Source: a virus
Lineage: Duplodnaviria > Caudoviricetes
Virus record (IMG/VR): IMGVR_UViG_2902759955_000002
Coordinates: 107,854-171,853 of that record
Reading direction: 5' to 3' (one strand)
Length of the DNA: 64,000 nucleotides
Positions 1 to 10,700 of this stretch are shown piece by piece (the stretch's first letter is position 1; every line of letters starts with the position of its first letter). The notes under the pieces were generated by a model. The model searched no databases. It was not told the DNA's origin and saw only the letters and a list, made by a program, of their open reading frames with translations. The translations under genes were made by a program, and so were the position numbers.

Positions 1-625
1 ACTGCTCGCTCGTCTGTTTGTAGAGCATGCTGCTCGTGATCGGGATGTAGGTGAGTGCGCCCAAATCCTCGAACGAGACGATCCCCAGCTTGTTCTTCCC
101 GCACTGCACGGCGGACTTCATGCCGTTGATCACCCAGATACCGGTTTCATTGTCCGTCTCGAGCAGATGGAAGAAACCGTTGACCGAGACCATGCAGCTC
201 TCAAAGAAAGTCTCGTAACTGATCCCGTCTTTCGTGAGTAACAGATCCGGCTTCGTTGCGGTGACCGCAGGACTGGAGAGCGAAGCCGTGTCCGAGATCG
301 GCTGGATTGTGTAGCCCGCGCGGACGCCATCCTGATAGCGCGCGTATTTCGATTCGAGCGTGGGGATGGTGGTGGACGTCGGTAAGGCCGTGTTGGCCAG
401 CGCCGTCAGGTACGCATTGAACGTTTGCGTCTGATCCGTGATCGTCGACAGGATGTCATTTAAATCGAGGCTCACTTCCCCCGTCACGAACGGGTTGGTC
501 AAGACCGCATAGACCTTGGAGTAGCTTTGCGAGATGGTGAGAAACGTCATGTCGCCCAGATCAATGGCGCTCCACTGCTGGCTACCAGTGAGCGATTTTC
601 CGATTGCGGAGACGAGCGTGTACAT
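1..625 (-). CDS. Virion structural protein, partial (runs off the left edge)
   Basis: ATG at 625 preceded by GAGGAAAACC; open frame MYTLVSAIGKSLTGSQQWSAIDLGDMTFL... continues to position 1; Thr/Ser-rich; lies in the structural module. Confidence 0.7.
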   Translation of the reverse strand, partial: MYTLVSAIGKSLTGSQQWSAIDLGDMTFLTISQSYSKVYAVLTNPFVTGEVSLDLNDILSTITDQTQTFNAYLTALANTALPTSTTIPTLESKYARYQDGVRAGYTIQPISDTASLSSPAVTATKPDLLLTKDGISYETFFESCMVSVNGFFHLLETDNETGIWVINGMKSAVQCGKNKLGIVSFEDLGALTYIPITSSMLYKQTSEQ

Positions 626-814
626 GGGTTTTCCTCTTCGGAAATCGAGTCTGTAGATAGCGTGTTTTCGTGCGACCCTTGATGCCGAATGCCCCTGTTT
701 CAATGCCGTTTTATGCACTGTTAGGAGTCCCTAGCGGGCTAGAGCGGCGTACATCGTATAGTCAAGTCGACACAACCATACGATGGGCTTTCCGGATTTT
801 CGGGGGTTTCAAGC

Positions 815-3103
815 ATGACCACATCTTCAACTCTTTCGTATCCGTTCGATCCGACGGGTTCGTTGGCGTCGAATCTGATTTCGGGAGAGCAACAACAGTT
901 GGTTGCTCAGAATTTCCGGGATCAGCACTTCATCGTTCCGCAGTTCGCCCCGTTCTTTTCGGATTCGCTGCAGATCACGTATCAGGACACGTCCGGCACC
1001 GTCAAGACCTTGGTCGAGGGTGTCGATTATTACGTCACGCACTGGTTTATTTCGGCGTCGCGCTCCTGTGCGATGCCGGTTTATGGCTCGATCAGTTTTA
1101 TCGATACCGCCCTCGCTGGGCTTGTGTCGCTGAACTATCAGACCGTGGGCGGCGACTGGACCGTCTCTGCCTCCCAGATCGCCACCATCCTCGCCGATAC
1201 CACGGACAATCCGCGCGTCACTGCGTGGGAGCAGGTGAGTGGTACGCCGTACGCGTTCCCGCCCGAAGCGCATAGCTGGGACATCACAGACCTCGTCGGG
1301 ATGAGTGATGTCGTGACAGCGCTGGGTGCTATCCAGTCCACGCTGCAAACGACCGGTGGAGCAGGCCTCGCTGCGCACGAAGCTGATCACGATAACCCTC
1401 ACGTCGTGACCGCGGCACAGGTAGGGCTGGGGAACGTCCAGAACTATGCCGTCGCCGCAGACTCCGACGGCGCCATGGGCACGTCGAGCACGCTCTACAT
1501 GACGCCCGCGTCAACCGCCGCAGCCATTCAGACGCAGGTGCTGGGACTCATCGAAGGGCACATTGCCAACTACGATAACCCGCACCAGACCGATGCGGAC
1601 CAAGTGGGTCTTGGCAACGTGCAGAACTACGGCGTGGCTGCCGACAGCGATGCGGCAAGCGCCACGTCAACGACGCTCTACATGACACCGGCCACGACGG
1701 CGGTGACCGTGAACACGCTGGTGGGTAACACGTTGTCCGCGCACATCCTGGACTACGACAATCCCCACGAGACGACGGCCGACCAGGTCGGCCTCGGACT
1801 GGTGCGTAATCTCACCACGGCCACGAACGACGACGCCGCGGCAGGGACGAGCAACGACCTGTACATGACACCCGCCACCGTGATGGCGGCCATTACCTCG
1901 ACCGGTACCGCGGGCGCGCTGCAGGCGCACATCACCAACTACGACAATCCGCATGAAACCACGGCGGATCAGGTAGGGGCGTTCTCGCAGGACGAGATCA
2001 ACACGATGTTGCAGGGCTACGTGAGCACCACGGGCACCGCAGCGAATTCCACTTTGGTCTACAGCCTCACCCAGTCTGAGCTGACGTCGGCCATTCTCGC
2101 TGGCACCGCCAACAACGCGGCGAACTTCGGGGGATTGACACCCGCACAGTGGCAGACCTACCTGCTGGGCCAGACCTCGGCGAACTCGACGCTCTTTGGC
2201 GACATGAGTGTCGACGACTGGCAGACCTACATCGCCAACGCCACTGTGGCCAACGCCACCCAGTTTAACGGGATGACGGCTTCGGCATGGACGGCGCAAA
2301 TCGCCGGCATGACGGTCGCCAATGCGACGACGGTTGGTGGTCTGAGTGTAATTGCGCTGACGACGCAGATCCTCGCCGGGTCCGCGGCAAATGCGAACCT
2401 GGCTTATGGCCTCACGCAAGCGCAACTCACGACGGCGATTCTCTCGGGCACGGCGAACAACGCCACGTCGCTGGAAAACCTCACGGTCAACCAGTTGCAG
2501 GCGCAGTTCATCACGGCGTCGAATGCACAGCTCTGGACAGCAGGCACGGCCGCGGCACAGGAAACGGTCCCCGCGAGCACGGACACAACGGACGCGACGA
2601 TCTGGACCGCACTGGGCAAGCTGAACATGCCGGGCTCCGCGCAATCGCAGAAGAACTTCCCGGACGTGCAGTGGATCGTCGTTGGGGGAGAGGCGAGTAC
2701 AGACACGCAAAGCGGCGCATGGCTTGTGCGCTGCTCGGTACGCGATACGACGCAGACCAATAACGTCAACCTCCAGGTGATTAGCCTGATGGGTATCAAC
2801 ACGACGACGACGGTCTTCGGCTACACGATCGATAACTCGGTCGCAAACGCACCCGTACTGACCATCTGGACAAGCGCGCCTGGCGGGACCAACCCGATCA
2901 CGGTGACGTCGCTCTCGGAGAACAGCAGCGAATTCCAGGCAAGCATCGCCACGGTCGTTGCGGAGCCGAGCGGCATCGTCTACAGCACCGCCGATACGTT
3001 TGCGCTCGCCTCCGAGATGAGCAACATGCTCACCCAGTTGACCACGGCGTTCACCGCCCTCGCCAATGCCGTCAATGGCACGAGCGACGGCACCAGCAGC
3101 TGA
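815..3103 (+). CDS. Tail fibre/baseplate-associated virion protein (phiKZ gp131-like family)
   Basis: 762 aa; N-terminal YPFDPTG..SNLISGE domain shared with the next three ORFs; 4 HxxN/DxDNPH repeats; ANA-type repeats. Confidence 0.75.
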   Translation: MTTSSTLSYPFDPTGSLASNLISGEQQQLVAQNFRDQHFIVPQFAPFFSDSLQITYQDTSGTVKTLVEGVDYYVTHWFISASRSCAMPVYGSISFIDTALAGLVSLNYQTVGGDWTVSASQIATILADTTDNPRVTAWEQVSGTPYAFPPEAHSWDITDLVGMSDVVTALGAIQSTLQTTGGAGLAAHEADHDNPHVVTAAQVGLGNVQNYAVAADSDGAMGTSSTLYMTPASTAAAIQTQVLGLIEGHIANYDNPHQTDADQVGLGNVQNYGVAADSDAASATSTTLYMTPATTAVTVNTLVGNTLSAHILDYDNPHETTADQVGLGLVRNLTTATNDDAAAGTSNDLYMTPATVMAAITSTGTAGALQAHITNYDNPHETTADQVGAFSQDEINTMLQGYVSTTGTAANSTLVYSLTQSELTSAILAGTANNAANFGGLTPAQWQTYLLGQTSANSTLFGDMSVDDWQTYIANATVANATQFNGMTASAWTAQIAGMTVANATTVGGLSVIALTTQILAGSAANANLAYGLTQAQLTTAILSGTANNATSLENLTVNQLQAQFITASNAQLWTAGTAAAQETVPASTDTTDATIWTALGKLNMPGSAQSQKNFPDVQWIVVGGEASTDTQSGAWLVRCSVRDTTQTNNVNLQVISLMGINTTTTVFGYTIDNSVANAPVLTIWTSAPGGTNPITVTSLSENSSEFQASIATVVAEPSGIVYSTADTFALASEMSNMLTQLTTAFTALANAVNGTSDGTSS

Positions 3104-3127
3104 CCTGTAGCACAACCACCAGCGTAA

Positions 3128-3163
3128 GCGACCTGCGGGGTGCAGTACTGCCCTGCAGGTCGT
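3128..3163 (+). terminator. Intergenic stem-loop, probable terminator
   Basis: CGACCTGCGGGG...CCCTGCAGGTCG inverted repeat just after the stop at 3103. Confidence 0.5.
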
Positions 3164-3215
3164 CTATTCCTTGTGCTGAACCTTTCTGATTCGGCTCAAG
3201 CCGGAGTTTTAGAAC

Positions 3216-4625
3216 ATGACGACAACCGCGATCACGCTTGCGCTGGATAAGACTGGCACGGCTGCAGCAAATCTGATCAGTAACGAGATTCAGGCGATCG
3301 GCACACGCGAGATTCGCGCGTTCCCGGTCAACTACGGTCTTTTTTTCCGTGAATCGCTGGTAGTGACCGATGCCGCCACCGGCGCGGTGCTTACGGAAGG
3401 CACGCAGTACTACCCGACACAGATGTCATATAAGGAGTCGCTCGATTGCGGCGCCGAGATTGACTCCGTGGTGGTCATCGTTGACCAGACGGTGAGCGCC
3501 AGTGTCTCGGTGACCTATCAGGCACTGGGTGGCATCAACAATGTCTCCCAGGTCGCGCTCGATAGCGCGATCGCGTCGCTCGATCTGAATGACGGCGCAG
3601 TGACCTGGTCGGAAGTGACGAACAAGTGGTCGAAGTATCCGGTAGCACCGCACCAGCATATTGGTGCCGATCTGTACGGGCTGGAATTCATGGTGAGTGC
3701 GCTGACGCGACTCTCCAGTTCGATCCTCATTGGGCAGGGCGCAGCACAGGCCCAGTTGCAGGACTATGCGCAGGATGTCATCGCGGAGCTGGAGGCAGCC
3801 ATCGCGGCGGCCAACGCGACGCTCACCGCGCATGAAACGAATTACGACAATCCGCACGAGACGACCGCCGAGGAGATTGGCGCGTACACGACCGAGCAGA
3901 CCACGGCGGCCATTGCCCTCGAAGCAACGAACCGCACGGCAGCCGATAACGCGATCCAGACGACACTCACGCAGCACGAGGACAACGACGATAACCCGCA
4001 TGAGGTGACGGCACCGATGCTAGGTGGCTATTCGACGACCCAGAGTGATGCGGCGATGGCCACGATGAAGGCGGCAGTGACCGCGAGCATTGTGGCGAAC
4101 GAAACGCTGATGTCTTCGCACTTCAGCAATTACGACAACCCTCACCAAACCACGACCACCTCGATCGGTACGTGGACAGCCAGTCAGATCACCAGCGCCA
4201 TCACGGCGGCGGCGACGCCTGCGCAGGCATCGGTGACGTCGTACGAGACCAACCTGAAAGCGCACGAAGCGGACTACAGCAATCCACACGACGACACGGC
4301 CGCGGACGTCGGGACGTGGACGTACGACACGATCGAATCGACGATTGTCACGCCGTACGCATCGCACGCGAACAACATGAGCAACCCCCATGACGTGACT
4401 TATACGGAATTGGGTGCGTACGCCACAGCGACGATCAACAGCTCGATCTCGTCGGCCTACACAAACATCGTGAATCAGGTCACGGCGCTCAACAGTGAGC
4501 TAAGCGCGCATGAGACGAACTACAGCAATCCCCACCAGGACACGCTGGCCAACACCGGTGCCTCGGGGTACACCGCTGCCTATCTGCAGGCGCTGATCGT
4601 CGACACGCTCCACACCCCGACTTGA
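3216..4625 (+). CDS. Tail fibre-like virion protein paralog
   Basis: 469 aa; LDKTG..NLI.NE N-domain; YQALGG motif; 6 HxxNxxNPH repeats. Confidence 0.75.
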   Translation: MTTTAITLALDKTGTAAANLISNEIQAIGTREIRAFPVNYGLFFRESLVVTDAATGAVLTEGTQYYPTQMSYKESLDCGAEIDSVVVIVDQTVSASVSVTYQALGGINNVSQVALDSAIASLDLNDGAVTWSEVTNKWSKYPVAPHQHIGADLYGLEFMVSALTRLSSSILIGQGAAQAQLQDYAQDVIAELEAAIAAANATLTAHETNYDNPHETTAEEIGAYTTEQTTAAIALEATNRTAADNAIQTTLTQHEDNDDNPHEVTAPMLGGYSTTQSDAAMATMKAAVTASIVANETLMSSHFSNYDNPHQTTTTSIGTWTASQITSAITAAATPAQASVTSYETNLKAHEADYSNPHDDTAADVGTWTYDTIESTIVTPYASHANNMSNPHDVTYTELGAYATATINSSISSAYTNIVNQVTALNSELSAHETNYSNPHQDTLANTGASGYTAAYLQALIVDTLHTPT

Positions 4626-4646
4626 TCGCGATATGAGAGAGATGAG

Positions 4647-6053
4647 ATGACTCGCAACATTTATCGATATCCGCTGGATGTCACCGGCACGGCGCAGAGC
4701 AACTACGTGACGGGCGAGGAGCACGCCATTGGCGTTGCACCGAATCGAGCGATTGCGCCGACCTACGGCGCGTTCTTCGATGAGAGCGTACAGATCGTTG
4801 ATCTCAACACGCTCGCCACACTCAATCGCAATCAGTTCCAGTTTCAGAATCTGCACACGGAAGCCACGTCGCTGACCGGGATGGCCGTCTGGGCGATTGT
4901 GGTCATCATCGATCCGAACGTGAGCCCGAACGTCAGCTTGACGTACCAGGCATTGGGCGGTGAGCACGGCATGCCATTGGCGGCCATTGCTAACCAGATC
5001 CAGACGCTTTCAACCGATGCGCGAACAGTTGCGTTTAGCAACATCACCGACAAACCCAGTACGTACACGCCGGTGCTGCACATGCACGCGATCGGTGACA
5101 CGTACGACTGGGATTACGTCGTGACGGCGCTGGAGATGTGTCTGAATGCCGTGCAGTTGGCCGAGGCTTCGACCTACGACACGACGCTCGCCTACATCGA
5201 TGCGCAAGTGGCGATGCGCAATGCCGACATCGCGACGTTTCTGCAGCAGTTGAATACGCACATTGCGAATTACAACAATCCGCACCAGACGACGCTAGCG
5301 CAGGTCGATGTGTTTGCGACGACCACGGTGCAAAGCCTGATCGCACAAGAGGCAGCGAGCCGACTGGCAGAAGACACGACGCTCACCAATGAGATCGTGG
5401 CCCATGCGACGGACTACAGCAATCCGCACAAGGACACCGCCGCAAACATCGGGGGTTACACGTCGGAAGAAGCCGATGCGAATCTCACAGCGATTTCCAC
5501 TGCGCTCAATACCACGCTGACAGCAGACGCGGCAACGATGGCGGCACACGTCGCCAACGATGACAACCCGCACCAGGTGACAGCAGACCAGATTGACGGG
5601 ATGAGCACGGCCGAGATTAACGCGGCAATCAGTGCAGCGATCACGCCGATCGCGACACAGCTCTCGACCGATGAGGCGTCCATGAACGCACACATCGCGA
5701 ACACGGAAAACCCACACGAGTTGACCCTTGCTCAGATTGGTGCGTGGGACAGCGCTGACATTGCCACGGTCCAGAGCGAGATCAACGCGCACATCGCCAA
5801 TACGAGTAACCCGCACCAGGACACCGCGGCGCTCGTGGGAACGCTGACGTCGACGCAGATCACAACGGCGATCGCCAACAACTATGTCACACCCGCTGAG
5901 AGCTCGTATCTGACGCCTCAGACAAGCAGCTTCAACGCACACGCTGCCAACACGAACAATCCGCACGGTGTCACACCCGCGCAATTGGGAGGCTGGACGT
6001 ACGCGCAATGGCAGGCGGCGGTGGCGGCGCAAGTCGCGGCGCTGTCGTGGTAG
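4647..6053 (+). CDS. Tail fibre-like virion protein paralog
   Basis: 468 aa; YPLDVTG..SNYVTGE; YQALGG motif; 6 HxxNxxNPH repeats. Confidence 0.75.
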   Translation: MTRNIYRYPLDVTGTAQSNYVTGEEHAIGVAPNRAIAPTYGAFFDESVQIVDLNTLATLNRNQFQFQNLHTEATSLTGMAVWAIVVIIDPNVSPNVSLTYQALGGEHGMPLAAIANQIQTLSTDARTVAFSNITDKPSTYTPVLHMHAIGDTYDWDYVVTALEMCLNAVQLAEASTYDTTLAYIDAQVAMRNADIATFLQQLNTHIANYNNPHQTTLAQVDVFATTTVQSLIAQEAASRLAEDTTLTNEIVAHATDYSNPHKDTAANIGGYTSEEADANLTAISTALNTTLTADAATMAAHVANDDNPHQVTADQIDGMSTAEINAAISAAITPIATQLSTDEASMNAHIANTENPHELTLAQIGAWDSADIATVQSEINAHIANTSNPHQDTAALVGTLTSTQITTAIANNYVTPAESSYLTPQTSSFNAHAANTNNPHGVTPAQLGGWTYAQWQAAVAAQVAALSW

Positions 6054-6091
6054 TGGACACGCCGCTCTAGGCGCTAACGGGATTTTTAACC

Positions 6092-8104
6092 ATGTCAGAC
6101 ATTTTGACTTTGCCGCTCGATGCAACGGGCGCGGCACCGACAAATCTGATCACGAACGAGAGTCAGAGCATCGGGACCGATCCGGTGCGGGCATTTGCAC
6201 CGGACTACGGCGCCTATTACACGTCCAGTCTAAAGATCACGGACGGACTGACGGGTGCCGCGCTCACAGCGGATCAGTTCTTTCTGGCGGCGAGGATGGA
6301 TCTCCCGACCACGAAGTACGGTGCGCCGCTCGGCACGAAAGTCGCCACCTTGGTGGTCATCACTGACGCCACCGTATCTGACACAGTGCTCGTAGAGTAT
6401 CAGGCCCTTGGAGGCGGGTACGCCACGCCGCAAACAGCGCTCGCGAACGAGGTGGCCACCTACGAGCCCGCCACGCGGAGCACGGCGTGGCCGTCGGTGA
6501 TCGATAAAGAGATTGACGCGCCGTCATCGGAAGACCTGCATGACGAGGGTCAGGAGGGGTTGATCACGTTTGAATACGTGGTCCACGCGATCGACCGGAT
6601 TTCACAACTCGTGCTGATGGGCGATCCGGTGTCCCAAGGCAATGTGCAGACCTACGCCAACGATGCGGAGAATGCATCGGACGCGACGCTGGATGCGGGC
6701 ATTGCAACGATGGATGCGCACATCGCGAATACCGACAATCCCCACGAGCTCACGCCCGCGCAACTGAGCGCGTGGACGAAGGCCCAGCAGGATGCCGCGA
6801 TCCTCGTGGAGACGAACAATCGGGAGAGTGCGGACACGACCGTGACCGCGCAGCTGACCAGCCACACGACCAATTACAACAATCCCCACCAGACAACCCT
6901 TGTGCAGGTTGGGATGTATTCGGTTGCGCAGGCAAACGCGCAGATCTCCACCGCGCTGACGGCTTTGAACGCGACGGTGAGCAGCAACGCGACGGCGATC
7001 AATGCCCACATCAACAATCTCGACAATCCCCACAAAGACACAGTGGCGGACGTAGGGACACTGGCGGTGGCGGACATCCAGGCGGCAATCGCGGCCGCAG
7101 CTTCACCTGTGAATCAAAGCGTGGCGAGCGCAGCCAGCACGCTGGCAAGTCACGTTGCAAACGTGAGCAACCCCCACCAGGTGACGCCCGCGCAACTGGG
7201 GACGTGGACGGCGGCAGCGCTGCAGACGCTCACGAATACGCTCACGGCACACGTGGCCAATACCAGCAACCCGCACGAAACAACCCTTGCTGATATTGAG
7301 GCGATGAGTGAAGCGCAGTTCACGGCAGCGCTGGCTGCAGCGAACACCACCACGGCGGCACTCTACAACAGTAATGCAGCGGCCATTTCGGCACATATCG
7401 GGAACTACAATAATCCACACGACACGTCAGCAGAGACGATCGGTTGTGTAGGGTCGTGGTCCCCGCTGAGCACTGACTTGGCTAATGCACAGGCGCAGAT
7501 CAACGCGTCTGGCTACCAGATCGTCGAGTGCGGTACGCAGTATTACGACATCAACTACTCGGGCTCGAACGCCACCAACTTCGGTACGTCGCTCTACATT
7601 GGCCAGGCTGTGGGCGTGTTTGCCCAGTCGGGTGGTGATAACGATGTAGTGGGGACCTGGACGAACCAGCCTTGCCCGGGTGGCGGGACCATCGCGGGAC
7701 TGTATCGCTACGGTCCTTACCTCAGCATGTACGTGTATGAAGGTTCGCTGCATGGCGTGATCTTCCAGTCTTCATTGGGCGATTACGTGGAGTTCAGCAA
7801 CGGGAGCTCGTACACCTTCATCTCGGGCTGGACCGTCTACTGCGTGCAGACCCAGGTGAGTCAGCTCAGTGCCTGTACGAGCTACGCCTGGCGGCTCATC
7901 GGTTCGCCCACAGAAGCACAACCGCCGTACGGTTACATCAACGGTGCGGCGCCTCCTCCACCCCCGGCCACAGATGGTGGTGGTGGCGATGGCGGTGGTG
8001 ACACCGGTGACACTGGCGACACTGGTGACGATGGCGATGATGGTGACGATGGTGACGGCGATGGTGACGGCGATGGTGATGGCGATGGTGGTGATGGCGG
8101 TTAA
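6092..8104 (+). CDS. Tail fibre-like virion protein paralog with a distinct C-terminal (possible receptor-binding) domain
   Basis: 670 aa; same N-domain; 6 NPH repeats; aromatic/Cys-rich C-domain; poly-Pro followed by a Gly/Asp tail. Confidence 0.75.
   Translation: MSDILTLPLDATGAAPTNLITNESQSIGTDPVRAFAPDYGAYYTSSLKITDGLTGAALTADQFFLAARMDLPTTKYGAPLGTKVATLVVITDATVSDTVLVEYQALGGGYATPQTALANEVATYEPATRSTAWPSVIDKEIDAPSSEDLHDEGQEGLITFEYVVHAIDRISQLVLMGDPVSQGNVQTYANDAENASDATLDAGIATMDAHIANTDNPHELTPAQLSAWTKAQQDAAILVETNNRESADTTVTAQLTSHTTNYNNPHQTTLVQVGMYSVAQANAQISTALTALNATVSSNATAINAHINNLDNPHKDTVADVGTLAVADIQAAIAAAASPVNQSVASAASTLASHVANVSNPHQVTPAQLGTWTAAALQTLTNTLTAHVANTSNPHETTLADIEAMSEAQFTAALAAANTTTAALYNSNAAAISAHIGNYNNPHDTSAETIGCVGSWSPLSTDLANAQAQINASGYQIVECGTQYYDINYSGSNATNFGTSLYIGQAVGVFAQSGGDNDVVGTWTNQPCPGGGTIAGLYRYGPYLSMYVYEGSLHGVIFQSSLGDYVEFSNGSSYTFISGWTVYCVQTQVSQLSACTSYAWRLIGSPTEAQPPYGYINGAAPPPPPATDGGGGDGGGDTGDTGDTGDDGDDGDDGDGDGDGDGDGDGGDGG
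7973..8101 (+). repeat. Low-complexity GAT/GGT/GAC/GGC coding repeat (Gly-Asp tail)
   Basis: Encodes DGGGGDGGGDTGDTGDTGDDGDDGDDGDGDGDG... Confidence 0.85.
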
Positions 8105-8239
8105 AGCGTCCTGCCTGCGTATCTGAACCAGCGCATTCATGCGGCCCGTGCGGGAGCAATCCTGCACGGGCTGTATGCCCCCTTTTTCTTATGAGGCAGA
8201 CCACCATAACCCGACCCGAAAGTCGAAGGACCACCCGCT

Positions 8240-8758
8240 ATGCCGGCCCCATGCACCCCGCTCAACAAGTCCGCGCAAGATCTGCTGCGCGATCGAATTT
8301 TCCACTCCAATGGCTTCCTTGTGCCAAAAACCGGGATGCTGTACGGGGTGCCCAAGGCCGTGACGCCACTCCCTGCGGATGTCTACGAGCGCGATACGGT
8401 GATCCGTGTCAGCGTGGATCCGACGGTGCCGTTCCAGCGGTATCGGGGCGAGAAATGCTTCCTCTATAAGCGTACCGATCTCTCAACCCTGACTGCAGTC
8501 TCCAGCACACCCACACCGATTGCGGTGGCCAGTTATCCCACCACCACGTATGCCTTGCTGGTGCAGATCAATGCGTACTACGGTCTGCAGCTGACCGAGG
8601 ATGATGTACAGGACATCACGTACGCGTCGTCTCTCTCACCGATCATGGCAGCAACCACAACGTCCCTGAACTATACGGGCAACCTCACCCTGAACCTGAC
8701 AGGCACGTCGAGCGTGAGCAGTGACGGTGTTTCCGCCTCCGATGGGGTGACGGCATAG
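8240..8758 (+). CDS. Putative virion structural protein
   Basis: 172 aa; LLVQINAYYGLQLTEDDV..SLNYTG pattern recalled from phiKZ-like tail proteins. Confidence 0.55.
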   Translation: MPAPCTPLNKSAQDLLRDRIFHSNGFLVPKTGMLYGVPKAVTPLPADVYERDTVIRVSVDPTVPFQRYRGEKCFLYKRTDLSTLTAVSSTPTPIAVASYPTTTYALLVQINAYYGLQLTEDDVQDITYASSLSPIMAATTTSLNYTGNLTLNLTGTSSVSSDGVSASDGVTA

Positions 8759-8798
8759 AAGCCAGAGAGACCGACCGGGTCTCTCTGGCCTTATGTCC
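8751..8798. terminator. Bidirectional CATA-hairpin-TATG element between convergent genes
   Basis: GGCATAGAA-GCCAGAGAGACC-GACCG-GGTCTCTCTGGC-CTTATGTC. Confidence 0.7.
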
Positions 8799-8799
8799 G

Positions 8800-9768
8800 T
8801 TACTTGGTAATGGTCGTGCTCACAATGCCTGCGTGTGTGAACTGCGACCCGGTGCTCGCGGCCGTGGTTCCTTTGCCCGCAGGATTGGGGACCTGGTAAT
8901 GCTGACCCGCGACTTCCATGGGAACGCTCGCCGGTGCACCCAGCTGCGCTTTTGCGTGCGCCTCCGCATGGGTCAGATAACCAAGCCCTTCAGGCATGTA
9001 GACCGAACGGGCACCCATCGCTTGCGTTTGCGCGGTCGCAAGGGGGTAGGGGTCGGTTACTCCCGCCGGGCGGGCACCCGATGCCACCACGCCGGTTGGC
9101 GCAACCGCGGAGTAGAGGTTACGCGTGAGGAACATGGTGTCGTAGAGCGAGCGCACCAAGGTTTCCTCTTCTTCATTGCGCGCGCCGGTCTGCGTGACAA
9201 TCCACTGCAGTGCTTCGAAGGGGAATGGCGGGAACTCGATTTCACTGGAACGCAGGGGCGAGACGAACTGCTTTACTTCCAGATCGATCTTGACCCACGG
9301 GTGATAGCTGCCATCCGGCTTCAGGAAGAAGTCACATTCCCAGACCAGCCCCTTCCCCATGCCGGTCGGAACATCCTTGTCGGCGATCGGATAGCTGTAA
9401 CGGTCCTTGATCATGCCGCGGTCCGACAGCACGCGAAACAGGTCGAAGTTCGCCTCGGTCGCAGCGATCGGACACTCGTCGTTCGCACCATCCGGGTGGC
9501 GGACCTTGGTGGTCATGACGTAATCGGGCTTACCCGCCTTCTTGCCTCGCAACTCCACCGTCTTACGGATACGGATACCGCCCTGACCACCATTCTGCTC
9601 GGACTTCGGGATTTTCAACTCCCACTGCTCCTGATGCTCCACTACGGCGTTATAGCCCGGCGGCACATCGACCGGCTCGGCGAGCCGTGCATAGAGGACG
9701 TATTCCTTCTCGTCGAACTTCTTGCCATGCGCCGCTTCTTCCAGCGCCAGTTTGAGCAGTGACTGCAT
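8800..9768 (-). CDS. CYTH/triphosphate-tunnel-like protein, probably virion-associated
   Basis: EKEY (ExE) near the N-terminus, IRIRK, IKDRY, WECDFF and KIDLEV resemble CYTH motifs; N-terminal ALE. Confidence 0.5.
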   Translation of the reverse strand: MQSLLKLALEEAAHGKKFDEKEYVLYARLAEPVDVPPGYNAVVEHQEQWELKIPKSEQNGGQGGIRIRKTVELRGKKAGKPDYVMTTKVRHPDGANDECPIAATEANFDLFRVLSDRGMIKDRYSYPIADKDVPTGMGKGLVWECDFFLKPDGSYHPWVKIDLEVKQFVSPLRSSEIEFPPFPFEALQWIVTQTGARNEEEETLVRSLYDTMFLTRNLYSAVAPTGVVASGARPAGVTDPYPLATAQTQAMGARSVYMPEGLGYLTHAEAHAKAQLGAPASVPMEVAGQHYQVPNPAGKGTTAASTGSQFTHAGIVSTTITK

Positions 9769-9780
9769 TGCCGCTTCCTT

Positions 9781-10278
9781 TTATCCCGTTTTCAGATCGA
9801 GCCAGAGTTCGACGATCTGTTTAGCTGTGTCGAGCATGCCGCTCAGTGCTTGTCCCGAAGAGAGCACCCCCATGTGAACCGCCGTGGCCAAGACCAGGCC
9901 GATCATCACGGCAAAGAGGAAGAAGACGAACGCACCACCTAACCAGTAGATCTGGCGTTGCAGCGACTTCGTCTTTTCCTTGAGGACCTTCGGGTCGTAC
10001 TCGTTCGGGGTGGTCAGATCCTTGGTCGCCTTGCTGTACCGCGCAAGGATGGCGACCTGTTGTTCAGGGTCGAGTGACTTGATGGCGTCCTTCAGGTCAC
10101 GACCAGTGGAACGCGCATCGAGGTTACGCAGATCCAGGCGCGGGACCGACAGCGCACGGTACGCCAGCACCACCTCGGTAAGCGGGGAAGGGCCGGCGAT
10201 CTGCCGATCGAGGAGCGACTCGTCGTCGATCCCGCAGAGAATACTGTCGACCAGGTTGCTGGTTTCTTCGTCCATCAT
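9781..10278 (-). CDS. Membrane protein, candidate holin/antiholin
   Basis: C-terminal hydrophobic helix; translationally coupled to the spanin genes (ATGA overlap). Confidence 0.45.
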   Translation of the reverse strand: MMDEETSNLVDSILCGIDDESLLDRQIAGPSPLTEVVLAYRALSVPRLDLRNLDARSTGRDLKDAIKSLDPEQQVAILARYSKATKDLTTPNEYDPKVLKEKTKSLQRQIYWLGGAFVFFLFAVMIGLVLATAVHMGVLSSGQALSGMLDTAKQIVELWLDLKTG

Positions 10279-10661
10279 GAGCTTGTCTTCGTCCCCGGGG
10301 CGCTGGCTGCAGCGGGTGCGACAGCGGTGGCCGGTTGGTTTGCGGCGTTCGCTTTATCGACAATGGCTTTCTGTTGCGTCCACCAGCTACGCAGTTGCGC
10401 CTTGTCGATGTTGCAATTGCCGACGTTGACCGTCTGGGCCGAGTACGAGTGGTTCCAGGCGTCTTCCTTGCCTTCGGCCGTCATCGTGGTGTACGCCGTC
10501 TTGTCGGGTGGGGGTGCGACCGGACACGGGGTCGTCAGGGTCGACGGCAAATCCGGCATCCAGTTGTTGTATTTGGTCTGCAGCGTGGGCAGGCTCGCCG
10601 GACATGCCGTGAGCGAGAGTAAGGCGGCGATGCAAAGCGCTAAGCGCAAGATGTGCTTCAT
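10275..10661 (-). CDS. o-spanin (Rz1-like outer-membrane lipoprotein)
   Basis: Signal peptide with lipobox LTAC; Pro-rich segment with PC..PPP and CN.DK..LR.W. Confidence 0.75.
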   Translation of the reverse strand: MKHILRLALCIAALLSLTACPASLPTLQTKYNNWMPDLPSTLTTPCPVAPPPDKTAYTTMTAEGKEDAWNHSYSAQTVNVGNCNIDKAQLRSWWTQQKAIVDKANAANQPATAVAPAAASAPGTKTSS

Positions 10662-10700
10662 GGTGTTCCTCGTAAGGTTTTGTGTGGGTCCGGAAATGGG

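Noticed and set aside
1370-7430. Recurrent AATCCGCAC/AACCCGCAC DNA repeats as a CRISPR array or DGR template
   Set aside because: They are synonymous-variable codons for the NPH protein repeat; irregular spacing; no cas or RT genes
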